From positions 32,001 to 96,000 of IMG/VR virus record IMGVR_UViG_3300013132_000023: DNA of 64,000 bases; one strand, given 5' to 3'. Source of the DNA: a virus. Under the pieces are notes generated by a model. It searched no databases, was not told the DNA's origin, and saw only the letters and a program-made list of their open reading frames with translations. A program made the position numbers and the translations under genes. Every line of letters begins with the position of its first letter. Within the stretch, counting starts at the first letter, position 1. Shown one piece after another: positions 20,703-28,724 of this stretch.

Positions 20703-21368
20703 ATGGTATCAGGAATTCGTTTTTTTGCTTGTTCTGGAGCAATGGGTGGTACGCCATCAACTCGTGCGACTCCCAACGTAGAGATTTTTGCTTTTGAAAT
20801 TGGAGCTACAAATAGCCCTAATCGTATGGGCTTTTTTGGTTCCGCTGGTGCTCCGAACTCTGCCGTAATCGTGGGTCAATACCAAGATCGTACGCATTGT
20901 ACTGATCATGTTGGTACAGATCGTGGTGTTATGATTAATGTCAAGTATCTTGGTGCATCTGATGCGTCTGTTTCTGGCGTTCCGTTGACCTCTACTGGTC
21001 ACACCCTGGCTAGTATTCCACAGAACTCCGGTACACTATTGGCACGTTTTACAGATCCTACCAGTACGGCTGTCGTTACGCAAACAGCTACATTCCGTGC
21101 GGTTAATTTCACTGCTGGTTCTGGTGTTCCTGATATTGGCGATTTGGCTTCAAACATTGTCATTCAGGCTGCACAATTACAGGATACTGCTGGTAATGCC
21201 GGTGACGCTAGCTGGTCGCAGATTTCAAGCGGTGGTGCTGCCTTAGCGTTGGCCGATCAATCAATTTCTGCAACAGTTCATGATTTCCACTTGATCGTTA
21301 GTGGTTCTCCATCTCAGGCTGGTCGTAAGATTGACTTTGGTTATTATCTACAGCTTGAATTCTTGTAA
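20703..21368 (+). CDS. putative virion structural protein
   Basis: 221 aa, A/S/G/T-rich, AGGAG Shine-Dalgarno, preceded by its own TAGTGTATT motif and followed by a terminator. Confidence 0.65.
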   Translation: MVSGIRFFACSGAMGGTPSTRATPNVEIFAFEIGATNSPNRMGFFGSAGAPNSAVIVGQYQDRTHCTDHVGTDRGVMINVKYLGASDASVSGVPLTSTGHTLASIPQNSGTLLARFTDPTSTAVVTQTATFRAVNFTAGSGVPDIGDLASNIVIQAAQLQDTAGNAGDASWSQISSGGAALALADQSISATVHDFHLIVSGSPSQAGRKIDFGYYLQLEFL

Positions 21369-21390
21369 GCGAACAGGATAGATTCTAACA

Positions 21391-21428
21391 AAAAGAAGGG
21401 GCGACAAGTGTTAACTTGTCGCCCTTTT
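21391..21428 (+). terminator. intrinsic terminator, possibly bidirectional
   Basis: GGGCGACAAGT (21399-21409), GTTA loop, ACTTGTCGCCC (21414-21424); A-tract upstream and TTTT downstream. Closes the structural module. Confidence 0.85.
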
Positions 21429-21431
21429 GTA

Positions 21432-21459
21432 TTGACAGTCTTGAATGCCGTGCCATAAT
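21432..21459 (+). promoter_or_regulatory. sigma70-like promoter for the replication module
   Basis: TTGACA (21432-21437), 16-nt spacer, CATAAT (21454-21459) with an extended -10 TG at 21451-21452. Confidence 0.75.
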
Positions 21460-21508
21460 GTTCTTACCACTCGCCGTGCTGATATCACCGGCAGTTTTGG
21501 AATAGATC

Positions 21509-21964
21509 ATGAACTTGGCTTTTAGCTCGAAACATCCCTTTGTACCAAATCCAGCGAAGGATTCTACTGTAACTCGCTGGATTGCGTCTCTATCGGACGG
21601 TACGACCGTCTTTGAGGATGTTACCCCCCAGGAAATTTCTTCCTGGTTGAGACTTAGAGAGTATGTTCGGTTGCATGGTTTAAAGATAACAAACCTGCGA
21701 CTTGAAGCATATGGTCGTCGCGTGTTACTGGTTCCGTACAGGGATGCCGAAGACTGTCCTCAGATTAACGGTTACTGGCACAGTAAAAAAATGCACGCCC
21801 TCATGACGGCGAGTGGTATAATTGAGGGCCGCGAATGTGGCATTGGGTATGTAAAGGCCCGCGAGATCATCATTACGTGGGTTAACCAAGACGGAACCGT
21901 ACGACAAGAGATTAGGCCGTACAAGGAAAACGACTTGGCTACAATCATTAACGATTATCCGTGA
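21509..21964 (+). CDS. hypothetical protein
   Basis: 151-aa ORF, first gene after the promoter. Confidence 0.65.
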   Translation: MNLAFSSKHPFVPNPAKDSTVTRWIASLSDGTTVFEDVTPQEISSWLRLREYVRLHGLKITNLRLEAYGRRVLLVPYRDAEDCPQINGYWHSKKMHALMTASGIIEGRECGIGYVKAREIIITWVNQDGTVRQEIRPYKENDLATIINDYP

Positions 21965-22401
21965 AGTACGCTTCTATTACCACTCCCGGCATTGAGCACG
22001 ACGACGCCAACATGTTGGCTGAGTTCATTTGGCTCAATCGCGATATTCGTACTGACATTTTTCCTTGGAAAGGTGATAATGGCAAAGAGTGGGGACGATT
22101 GGTTTCTGCTCTAAAGAAGCTAATGAAAGAGCCCTATGAGCTATCCGCTCAGCAGCTTGCGTTTTACATTTGGAAGTGCAAGCCCCATGCTATTAGTTCG
22201 CCAGAATTTGCAAAGATGGCCGTTGTGGCTCGTAAGCTTTTTAAGCCACTTCAACTTGAACAAGTGGCGACACTTTACACTGATCGTCGCAAAGAGCTAG
22301 CGGCGACTGGCCTAGAACGAGTTACATACAAGCAAGAACGTCCGAAGTCTTTAATGTCATTCTTGAGAGAGCTAGAACGTAATGAAGCAGAAACCAACTG
22401 A
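21961..22401 (+). CDS. hypothetical protein
   Basis: 146 aa, GTGA overlap with the upstream gene. Confidence 0.65.
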   Translation: MKYASITTPGIEHDDANMLAEFIWLNRDIRTDIFPWKGDNGKEWGRLVSALKKLMKEPYELSAQQLAFYIWKCKPHAISSPEFAKMAVVARKLFKPLQLEQVATLYTDRRKELAATGLERVTYKQERPKSLMSFLRELERNEAETN

Positions 22402-23548
22402 ACAACAACAAACCGCGAAGCCTGAGATTTCGTTTGACTTCTTTAAGCAAGAGGTAGAAGCGGAAGGTGTGCGAGCTATGCTTGCACCCGAGATTGGAGA
22501 TCCCGAGTCTAATCGTTCTGGGTCTTTTAACTTAGATTACGATCTAGCTGTTCCTTTTCCAGAAGGTCGCATTACAGAGATTTTTGGTGAAGAGGGGACA
22601 TGTAAGACTACATTGGCTTTGGAGGTTGCTGGTCGTGCTTTGCAAGCCGGTAAGACGGTTCTCTATGTTAACATGGAGAAAAACCTTAATCTTTCTTTAA
22701 TGCTTACCGTACGTACTTTGCGTCCATATCTAGATGCAGCCGTTGAACAAATGAAGAAGGGCAAGCTTGGCAATTGTCCGCTATGGATTGTCAATGCTTC
22801 TAATGGTGAACAAGCGTTTGAGGCCATGAGGAAGTTTTCTACAATGGTACCTAGAGGCTTAGCTATCTTAGATTCGATTGATGCTGCTCAGCCGTCAGCC
22901 GTTCTGGCTGGTGAGATTGGTGAGAACAAGGTTGGTAATTTGGCCAAGCTCATGTCAGACGCTATGCGTAAGTTGATCAGCGTTACAGAGCAGAATAAAG
23001 TTGCCTTGATTTTTGTCAATCAGATTCGCGACAAGATCACTATGTACGGCGACCCAACAGATACTCCTGGTGGGCGTGCTCTTAAGTTCTACGCTTCGCA
23101 GCGTATTCGTTTACAGAAGCCCGGTAAAGCACAGACTTTAGTTGATTCTGATGGCGAACGTATTGGGGTTGTGATTCGTTACAAGGTCGTAAAAAACAAG
23201 GTGGCTCCTGATGGTTGCGAAGGTGAGTTTCCCATTCTCTTTAAGAATGGTATTTTTCGCGAACAGGAGCTTGTCACTAAGTGCTGTAATTTTGGAGTTT
23301 TGCGTTTAGGCGGCAAAGGAGGACAGCAGGTTTTCTTGCCAAAACTAGACAGAGAAACTAATGATTTTGTCAAAGGTAAAAATGGCGAACTTGAAGAAAC
23401 GTGCATGAGTCAGTTTAATGCGGCTCGTCGCTTGTTAATGGATAGTACGTTGGCTATTAAGCTTGAAAAAGAATTGCTGACGAAGATGGATGTTGGTGGG
23501 ATTGATCCGATTGACAATCTAACTAATGAAATTCAAGACCCTAAGTAA
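22382..23548 (+). CDS. recA: RecA-family recombinase
   Basis: PEGRITEIFGEEGTCKTTLAL (Walker A variant), ILDSIDA (Walker B), AKLMSDAMRKL, IFVNQIRDKI, TPGGRALKFYASQRI, KVVKNKVAP. Confidence 0.95.
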   Translation: MKQKPTEQQQTAKPEISFDFFKQEVEAEGVRAMLAPEIGDPESNRSGSFNLDYDLAVPFPEGRITEIFGEEGTCKTTLALEVAGRALQAGKTVLYVNMEKNLNLSLMLTVRTLRPYLDAAVEQMKKGKLGNCPLWIVNASNGEQAFEAMRKFSTMVPRGLAILDSIDAAQPSAVLAGEIGENKVGNLAKLMSDAMRKLISVTEQNKVALIFVNQIRDKITMYGDPTDTPGGRALKFYASQRIRLQKPGKAQTLVDSDGERIGVVIRYKVVKNKVAPDGCEGEFPILFKNGIFREQELVTKCCNFGVLRLGGKGGQQVFLPKLDRETNDFVKGKNGELEETCMSQFNAARRLLMDSTLAIKLEKELLTKMDVGGIDPIDNLTNEIQDPK

Positions 23549-23945
23549 CCGCGAAATTCGCATGGATATATTGCCAGAACGCTATCCAATGCGTTCACGC
23601 GAACAGAGCAAGTCCGTTGGACAATTCCTGCTTGGCAGGAGTTTGCGTGCTATTTATGGCACCAGTGCCGTTATACTGGAAGAGTTTCCTATTCCAGACG
23701 AACGTCTCTTCATAGACTTTTACATGCCACATCATAGTTTGGCGTTCGAGTATCATGGTCCACAGCATGACGAATTCAACAGGTTTTTTCACGGTGACAA
23801 AAAGGGATTCTTAAAATCACAAGAACGTGACACACGTAAGCGTGGATGGTGTGATATTAATGATATTCGTCTCGTAGAAGTACGCAACACCGTAACAGCA
23901 GAACAACTACAGGATTTAATTAAGGACGCTAGAGACAATGAGTAA
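23526..23945 (+). CDS. Vsr/DUF559-like PD-(D/E)XK endonuclease
   Basis: IDFYMP...AFEYHGPQH...FFH...RDTRKRGWC...IRLVEV pattern. Confidence 0.75.
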   Translation: MKFKTLSNREIRMDILPERYPMRSREQSKSVGQFLLGRSLRAIYGTSAVILEEFPIPDERLFIDFYMPHHSLAFEYHGPQHDEFNRFFHGDKKGFLKSQERDTRKRGWCDINDIRLVEVRNTVTAEQLQDLIKDARDNE

Positions 23946-25407
23946 CGTTGCTGCTGAAAAGATTTTTTTGGCTGGAGTTGCTAAGTATCCATCCAAGTTT
24001 TTTGAGTTTGTTGAATATCTAGACGAAGAGGATTTTCAGCATGCCGTTACACGCATGACATTTGAGGCCATGCGATCTTTGATTGTAGATAAGGAAACGG
24101 AGACGATTACAAAAGCTAAGCTTGTAGCGGAGGCTAAGGCTCTTGGTCATCAAAACTATTTAGCGGCTACTAAAAACGGCGAGTGGCTTGATGAGCTATT
24201 TGCAGAAGAGATTACGATTCATGAAGTGGACGCTCATTTTTTAGAGGTCAAGCGTCAGTCTCTTAAGGACAAGTACCAAGAGGCTTTCATTGAGTTACGT
24301 GATTATCTTGCTTCAACTGACGATCCGCTTTCAACCATGATTAGTAAGGTTGAAAATGGTATTGTTAACAAGGTGAATATTCTAGACAAGGGCGAGCACG
24401 CCATTGAAGACATGCGTGAGGGGTTTAAGGAGTTCATTGATTCGTTAGCCGATGATCCTGGTCACGTTGGGTTGGATCTTGGTTATCCAATTTGGCAAGA
24501 GCGTATTGGGCATATTCGTAATGGCACAGTTACGTTCATTGTTGGTACTACTGGTAGTGGCAAGTCACAGTTTGGAATGCGTGCGGCTATTACCGCTGCC
24601 CGTAAGGGGCTTCCTGTTTTGTATCTTGATAGCGAATTGAATAAGCAGGATCAGTGGGTTCGTATGGCGGCTATGATTTCTAAGGTGCCGTCTGAGTATG
24701 TTGAGACTGGTTTTTGGCGTTTGTCAGCCGAAGAACTACGTGATCGTGGTGTTACTGACATAAACAAGATTGATGAAATTTTGGCATGTGGTCGTCGCTT
24801 GCGTGATTCGAGGTTGTGGGATCTTATTAAGAACATGCCGATCTACTATCAATCGATTAGTGGACTTAGTGTTCCTGATGTTGTTCCACACATGCGTCGT
24901 TGGCTTTTGACACACGTAAAGCCTGATCGTGATACTCGTGTTCCTCAGTGCTTGATTGTATATGATTACATCAAGCTTGCTATGACCAATGAAATTAGTC
25001 GTGGTATTCTAGCAGAGTGGCAGCAGCATGGTTTGCATGTTGCTAATCTGCACGATTTTATGAACAAATACAATGTGCCATGCATTGCTTTTGGTCAGAC
25101 GAACAACGAAGTTGACGAGGGTATTAAGTGTGTTGCTGGCGGTAAGCGTATCAGCGAGAACGTTGACTCGGTAAGCTACTTTAAGCGAAAGTCAGACCAG
25201 GAGCGTGCTATGGATAGCATGGGTACGCACATGTCTAAGATTTTCAAATCACGTTATGGGCGTGGATTATGGGGTAGTTACATTAACTTTAATGTTAATT
25301 TGAGTTTTGGTGAATTTGTTGAGTTGGATATTGGTAGTGTTCAGCCGCCACAGCAGCAGCAGCAGCAGCAGCAACCACAGGCGGCAGGAGACGATGATGA
25401 CGACTAA
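23938..25407 (+). CDS. dnaB: DnaB-like replicative helicase
   Basis: N-terminal AEKIFLAG...EEDF domain, Walker A GTTGSGKS, YLDSE, Walker B IVYDYIKL, KSRYG arginine finger; adjacent to the primase gene. Confidence 0.85.
   Translation: MSNVAAEKIFLAGVAKYPSKFFEFVEYLDEEDFQHAVTRMTFEAMRSLIVDKETETITKAKLVAEAKALGHQNYLAATKNGEWLDELFAEEITIHEVDAHFLEVKRQSLKDKYQEAFIELRDYLASTDDPLSTMISKVENGIVNKVNILDKGEHAIEDMREGFKEFIDSLADDPGHVGLDLGYPIWQERIGHIRNGTVTFIVGTTGSGKSQFGMRAAITAARKGLPVLYLDSELNKQDQWVRMAAMISKVPSEYVETGFWRLSAEELRDRGVTDINKIDEILACGRRLRDSRLWDLIKNMPIYYQSISGLSVPDVVPHMRRWLLTHVKPDRDTRVPQCLIVYDYIKLAMTNEISRGILAEWQQHGLHVANLHDFMNKYNVPCIAFGQTNNEVDEGIKCVAGGKRISENVDSVSYFKRKSDQERAMDSMGTHMSKIFKSRYGRGLWGSYINFNVNLSFGEFVELDIGSVQPPQQQQQQQQPQAAGDDDDD
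25351..25374 (+). repeat. (CAG)7CAA trinucleotide repeat encoding Q8 in the DnaB C-terminal tail
   Basis: Read directly from the sequence. Confidence 0.95.
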
Positions 25408-26476
25408 CATTCAAGAAGAACAAAAACGCACTCTCCGTAATCATGCGAATCGGCAGATTGCTTATTTGCTAGATAAACTTGGTGTTGAATACCATGATCG
25501 TGGCGATGGATTAATTCAAGCGTGTTGTCCTTGTAAGCAACACGGTGGAGATCGTGATAATCCAACTGCCTGGAGTTGGCGTGTTGATCTTGGTAAGTGG
25601 GTATGTTGGTCACATCATTGTGAAGAATCTCGTGGTAACGATATCTTTGGTTTGATTAGTAGCGTTAAGGGAATCAATTTTCGTGAGACCATAAAGTGGA
25701 TTACGTCCATGCTTGAAGATCGCGAAATTGATCTTACTACAGCCGCTCCTGATCCAGAGAACTTGCATCGCGGAGTTCAGTTGCATATTCACGAACCGCT
25801 GTCCGAAGACAATCTCAAATTCTTACAGCCCGATCCTCAGTATCTTTTGAATCGCGACTTTGATCTTGAGGTTTTACGTAAGTATGAAGCTGGATTATGG
25901 ATTCGCCCTGGAACTTACATGGATGGTCGCGTGGTGTTTCCTGTACGTGATCACGAAGGACACTTAGTTGGTTATACTGGTCGAACCGTACATACTCCTG
26001 AGTATTTTGAAAAGCGTGGAGTTAAGTACATGAAATGGGTTCATGGTCGTCATTACAATAGATGGCCACAGCGTGGTGATATTTTCACAAGCTCTATTTT
26101 GTTCAACTTGTATCGTGCTAAGCATTGTCTTGGGCCAAACAAGCGTATTATCTTGGTAGAAGGACCGCTTGATGGAATGAAGCTGGAAGAAGCCGGTATT
26201 CATAATTGGGTAGCTACTCTCGGTACTAGTTTTTGTCATGCTCATCGTACACTGCTTGTGAAGTATGGAGTGCGTGAACTATACGTTGCCTATGACAATG
26301 ATGACCCAAGTAAGTACGCCAACAAACAAAGTCCCGGCGAGAAGGGCTGGGAACGTTTACAGCGTATTGTTGGAGATCTCTTTGTTATTGAACGAGTAGA
26401 ATTGCCACCCGACTCTGACTGTGGCGACCTTGATGTGTCTACGCTCCAGAACATATTTAAGAACATATCATGTTAA
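25397..26476 (+). CDS. dnaG: DnaG-like DNA primase
   Basis: Zn-binding domain (CPCKQH...WVCWSHHC), GRVVFPVRD...VGYTGR, TOPRIM motifs LVEGPLD and YDND. Start re-assigned to ATG 25397 behind GGAG (25387-25390). Confidence 0.9.
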   Translation: MTTNIQEEQKRTLRNHANRQIAYLLDKLGVEYHDRGDGLIQACCPCKQHGGDRDNPTAWSWRVDLGKWVCWSHHCEESRGNDIFGLISSVKGINFRETIKWITSMLEDREIDLTTAAPDPENLHRGVQLHIHEPLSEDNLKFLQPDPQYLLNRDFDLEVLRKYEAGLWIRPGTYMDGRVVFPVRDHEGHLVGYTGRTVHTPEYFEKRGVKYMKWVHGRHYNRWPQRGDIFTSSILFNLYRAKHCLGPNKRIILVEGPLDGMKLEEAGIHNWVATLGTSFCHAHRTLLVKYGVRELYVAYDNDDPSKYANKQSPGEKGWERLQRIVGDLFVIERVELPPDSDCGDLDVSTLQNIFKNISC

Positions 26477-27444
26477 AACTCAAATCAATTTCACCCAGCC
26501 GTATCAAGACATTTGATATGTGCAAGTTTAAGTATTGGTTGACGTATCATACCGACCATAAGCTCAAGTCAAATTGGGGAGCTTCACATGGATCTCTTCT
26601 TCATGATATTTTAGAGAACTATTCTAATGGTAGTGATTTAGATTGGACCGCACGCCTTTATCGTGGTTATGGCGGAAAGCTCGAAACGACAGACAAGTTT
26701 GGCAAGCCAACCGTAATGGAAACGCCACTTGTTTGGGCAAAGCCAGACGAATACACTGATCGCAAGCCTTATTGCGATACTTGTCCATACGCCGATTACA
26801 ATGATGGTGTTTGTTCAATTTCTCTTGCAAGTCTTAAGGAATTACCAGGATGTCCACGCGATCTTTTTGATGGCTCGGTCTCTATGCTTGCCAGTACAAT
26901 TGATCGTTATCAAGACATTTGGAAAAAGACATTACGCAATTCGCAAGGCAATTTGGTTGGAACAGAATACGAGTTTAAGATTACGGTTCCTGGTACAGAG
27001 GTTCCGATGGTTGGCATTATGGATCTAGTAACAGAAGAAGATTCTGATACTGTTCACATTATGGATTACAAAACTGGATCTTGGACACAGACTTACCAAG
27101 AGTGTTGTGATGATATTCAGGTTAAAATGTACTCATTAGCCGCTCGTCGTGAATTCATTGACGACGTTAACAAGAAGGGGTATAAATACAAAAACGTTAT
27201 CTTGACGTTTGATTATTTTACCAAGTCTCCAATTACTCTTGCGTTTACAAAAGAGGAAGACAACGAAACAGAACGATGGGTTCGTAACAAGATTCAGGAG
27301 ATTCAATCGACAGAGTGGATTACGCGTATCGTTAGAAACAATCAGGAGTTTGAAGAACGACGATCCTGGAAGTGTCGTTCTTTGTGTGACACGGGTGTAT
27401 GTAGTCGCGAATGGAAAGGTAAGTTTCAAAATCATGAAGCGTAG
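26470..27444 (+). CDS. PD-(D/E)XK exonuclease, Cas4/AddB-like with predicted Fe-S cysteines
   Basis: SPSRIKTFDMC at the N-terminus, GIMDLV...IMDYKTG...QVKMY core, C-terminal CRSLCDTGVC. Confidence 0.85.
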   Translation: MLKLKSISPSRIKTFDMCKFKYWLTYHTDHKLKSNWGASHGSLLHDILENYSNGSDLDWTARLYRGYGGKLETTDKFGKPTVMETPLVWAKPDEYTDRKPYCDTCPYADYNDGVCSISLASLKELPGCPRDLFDGSVSMLASTIDRYQDIWKKTLRNSQGNLVGTEYEFKITVPGTEVPMVGIMDLVTEEDSDTVHIMDYKTGSWTQTYQECCDDIQVKMYSLAARREFIDDVNKKGYKYKNVILTFDYFTKSPITLAFTKEEDNETERWVRNKIQEIQSTEWITRIVRNNQEFEERRSWKCRSLCDTGVCSREWKGKFQNHEA

Positions 27445-28030
27445 GGCACGTATTACCAAAGATTGGATCGACGCATATTTTGATTATGGCGTTGATCGTC
27501 AGAATCGTCGTATCTTTTTGTTTGAAGGAGTAGATGAAGGTTCTATTGGTACGGTTATCAAAGCACTGTATTACATGGACTCCGAGTCAAGTACTCGTCC
27601 AATTGAGCTTTTGATTGGGTCGTTTGGCGGAAGCGAATATGAAATGTTCGCGTTGTATGACATGATTCGTACTTTGCGGTCGCCAATTCATACGACGGCT
27701 ATTGGTAAATGCATGAGTGCTGCTCCACTATTGGTTGCCTGCGGTCAACCGGGAGAACGATTTGCTACTCCAAATACTTGGTTTATGGTTCACCAGTCTT
27801 GGGAAGACTTTGGCCCAAAGCGTACCGACGAGATTCGCAAGGATTTGGCTCACTACGATAAAATGGGTGACCGTTGGTATGACCTTATGGCAAAACATAC
27901 AAATAGGGATGCAAAGTTTTGGCGTAAACATTGCGAGAACGTAGGCGATCATTTTTTTAGTGCATATGATGCACAAAATCTTGGACTAATTGATCACATT
28001 TGGGACGAAAAGGAGGAAGACGATGAGTAA
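27434..28030 (+). CDS. clpP: ClpP-family serine protease
   Basis: RRIFL, IGSFGGS, GKCMSAA (Ser), FMVHQ (His), DHFFSAYDAQNLGLIDHI (Asp region). Start re-assigned to ATG 27434. Confidence 0.9.
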   Translation: MKRRARITKDWIDAYFDYGVDRQNRRIFLFEGVDEGSIGTVIKALYYMDSESSTRPIELLIGSFGGSEYEMFALYDMIRTLRSPIHTTAIGKCMSAAPLLVACGQPGERFATPNTWFMVHQSWEDFGPKRTDEIRKDLAHYDKMGDRWYDLMAKHTNRDAKFWRKHCENVGDHFFSAYDAQNLGLIDHIWDEKEEDDE

Positions 28031-28724
28031 GCATCGCGTTGTTGTTTGTTGTTGGTTACACGGTCATAAGACAGAATTGTTCATGACGCGTACTCAGGAA
28101 GATTCTCTCAACAAGAAGATTAACAATCTCAAGGCGGTATGTCCGGTTTGTCGAGATCAAGGACTCGGAAACCAGCCCATTTTTTTGCAAGAAGGTGCCT
28201 CTTTGTTCAATCCGTCTAAAGTTTATCGTTGTGAGAAGGGGCACGCGTGTAACATTGGCCCACTTTCAAGAAGCATGTTGCACGTAAGATACGGTCCTAA
28301 TTCAGACGACTTCGTAAATGTCGAAGGAACCATCGATGATTTGCCAGAACTAGTTGACACAAAGGACATTGCGTGTCATCATGTAGGTGCCGATGGTAAG
28401 CCTTGTGATTGTAAGTTATTTCCGGTAGATGACTTTGTACTTACATACGTCCAATCGGCAAGTATCAAGACTACAACGCGTCTTGGTGATCTGTGGGATC
28501 GTGCCGGTGCCCAACCAGTGCGTCCCGCACGCCAAGACAAGGACGGTGAGTTTGTTGAAAGTAGCACGGAGAAAGCTAATCGTGAGCGTCTAAAGCGTAT
28601 GCGTGAACGCAACGTTCCTGTCGCCAAGAGTCCCGGTCGCCGCATCGACAAGCCAACCAATACAACGTACGAACGCCGCTCCAAGGGATCGGTTAACCCA
28701 GATAGACTTCAAGGACCGAAATGA
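28023..28724 (+). CDS. Cys/His-rich hypothetical protein with a basic C-terminal tail
   Basis: CWLHGH, CPVC, CEKGH, CHH...CDC suggest metal binding. Start at ATG 28023 behind AGGAGG. Confidence 0.65.
   Translation: MSKHRVVVCCWLHGHKTELFMTRTQEDSLNKKINNLKAVCPVCRDQGLGNQPIFLQEGASLFNPSKVYRCEKGHACNIGPLSRSMLHVRYGPNSDDFVNVEGTIDDLPELVDTKDIACHHVGADGKPCDCKLFPVDDFVLTYVQSASIKTTTRLGDLWDRAGAQPVRPARQDKDGEFVESSTEKANRERLKRMRERNVPVAKSPGRRIDKPTNTTYERRSKGSVNPDRLQGPK

Noticed and set aside
25307-25396. Poly-serine N-terminal extension of the primase given by the ORF track
   Set aside because: It is the alternative-frame reading of the DnaB CAG repeat; the Shine-Dalgarno supports a start at 25397. Similar over-extended starts were trimmed for ORFs at 8570, 9321, 27209, 27990, 37781, 42845, 43452, 44641, 50064, 51145, 57960 and 58643.
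26470-27444. CRISPR-Cas system suggested by the Cas4-like gene
   Set aside because: No repeat-spacer array and no cas1, cas2 or effector genes seen in the window; intergenic gaps are too short to hold an array.
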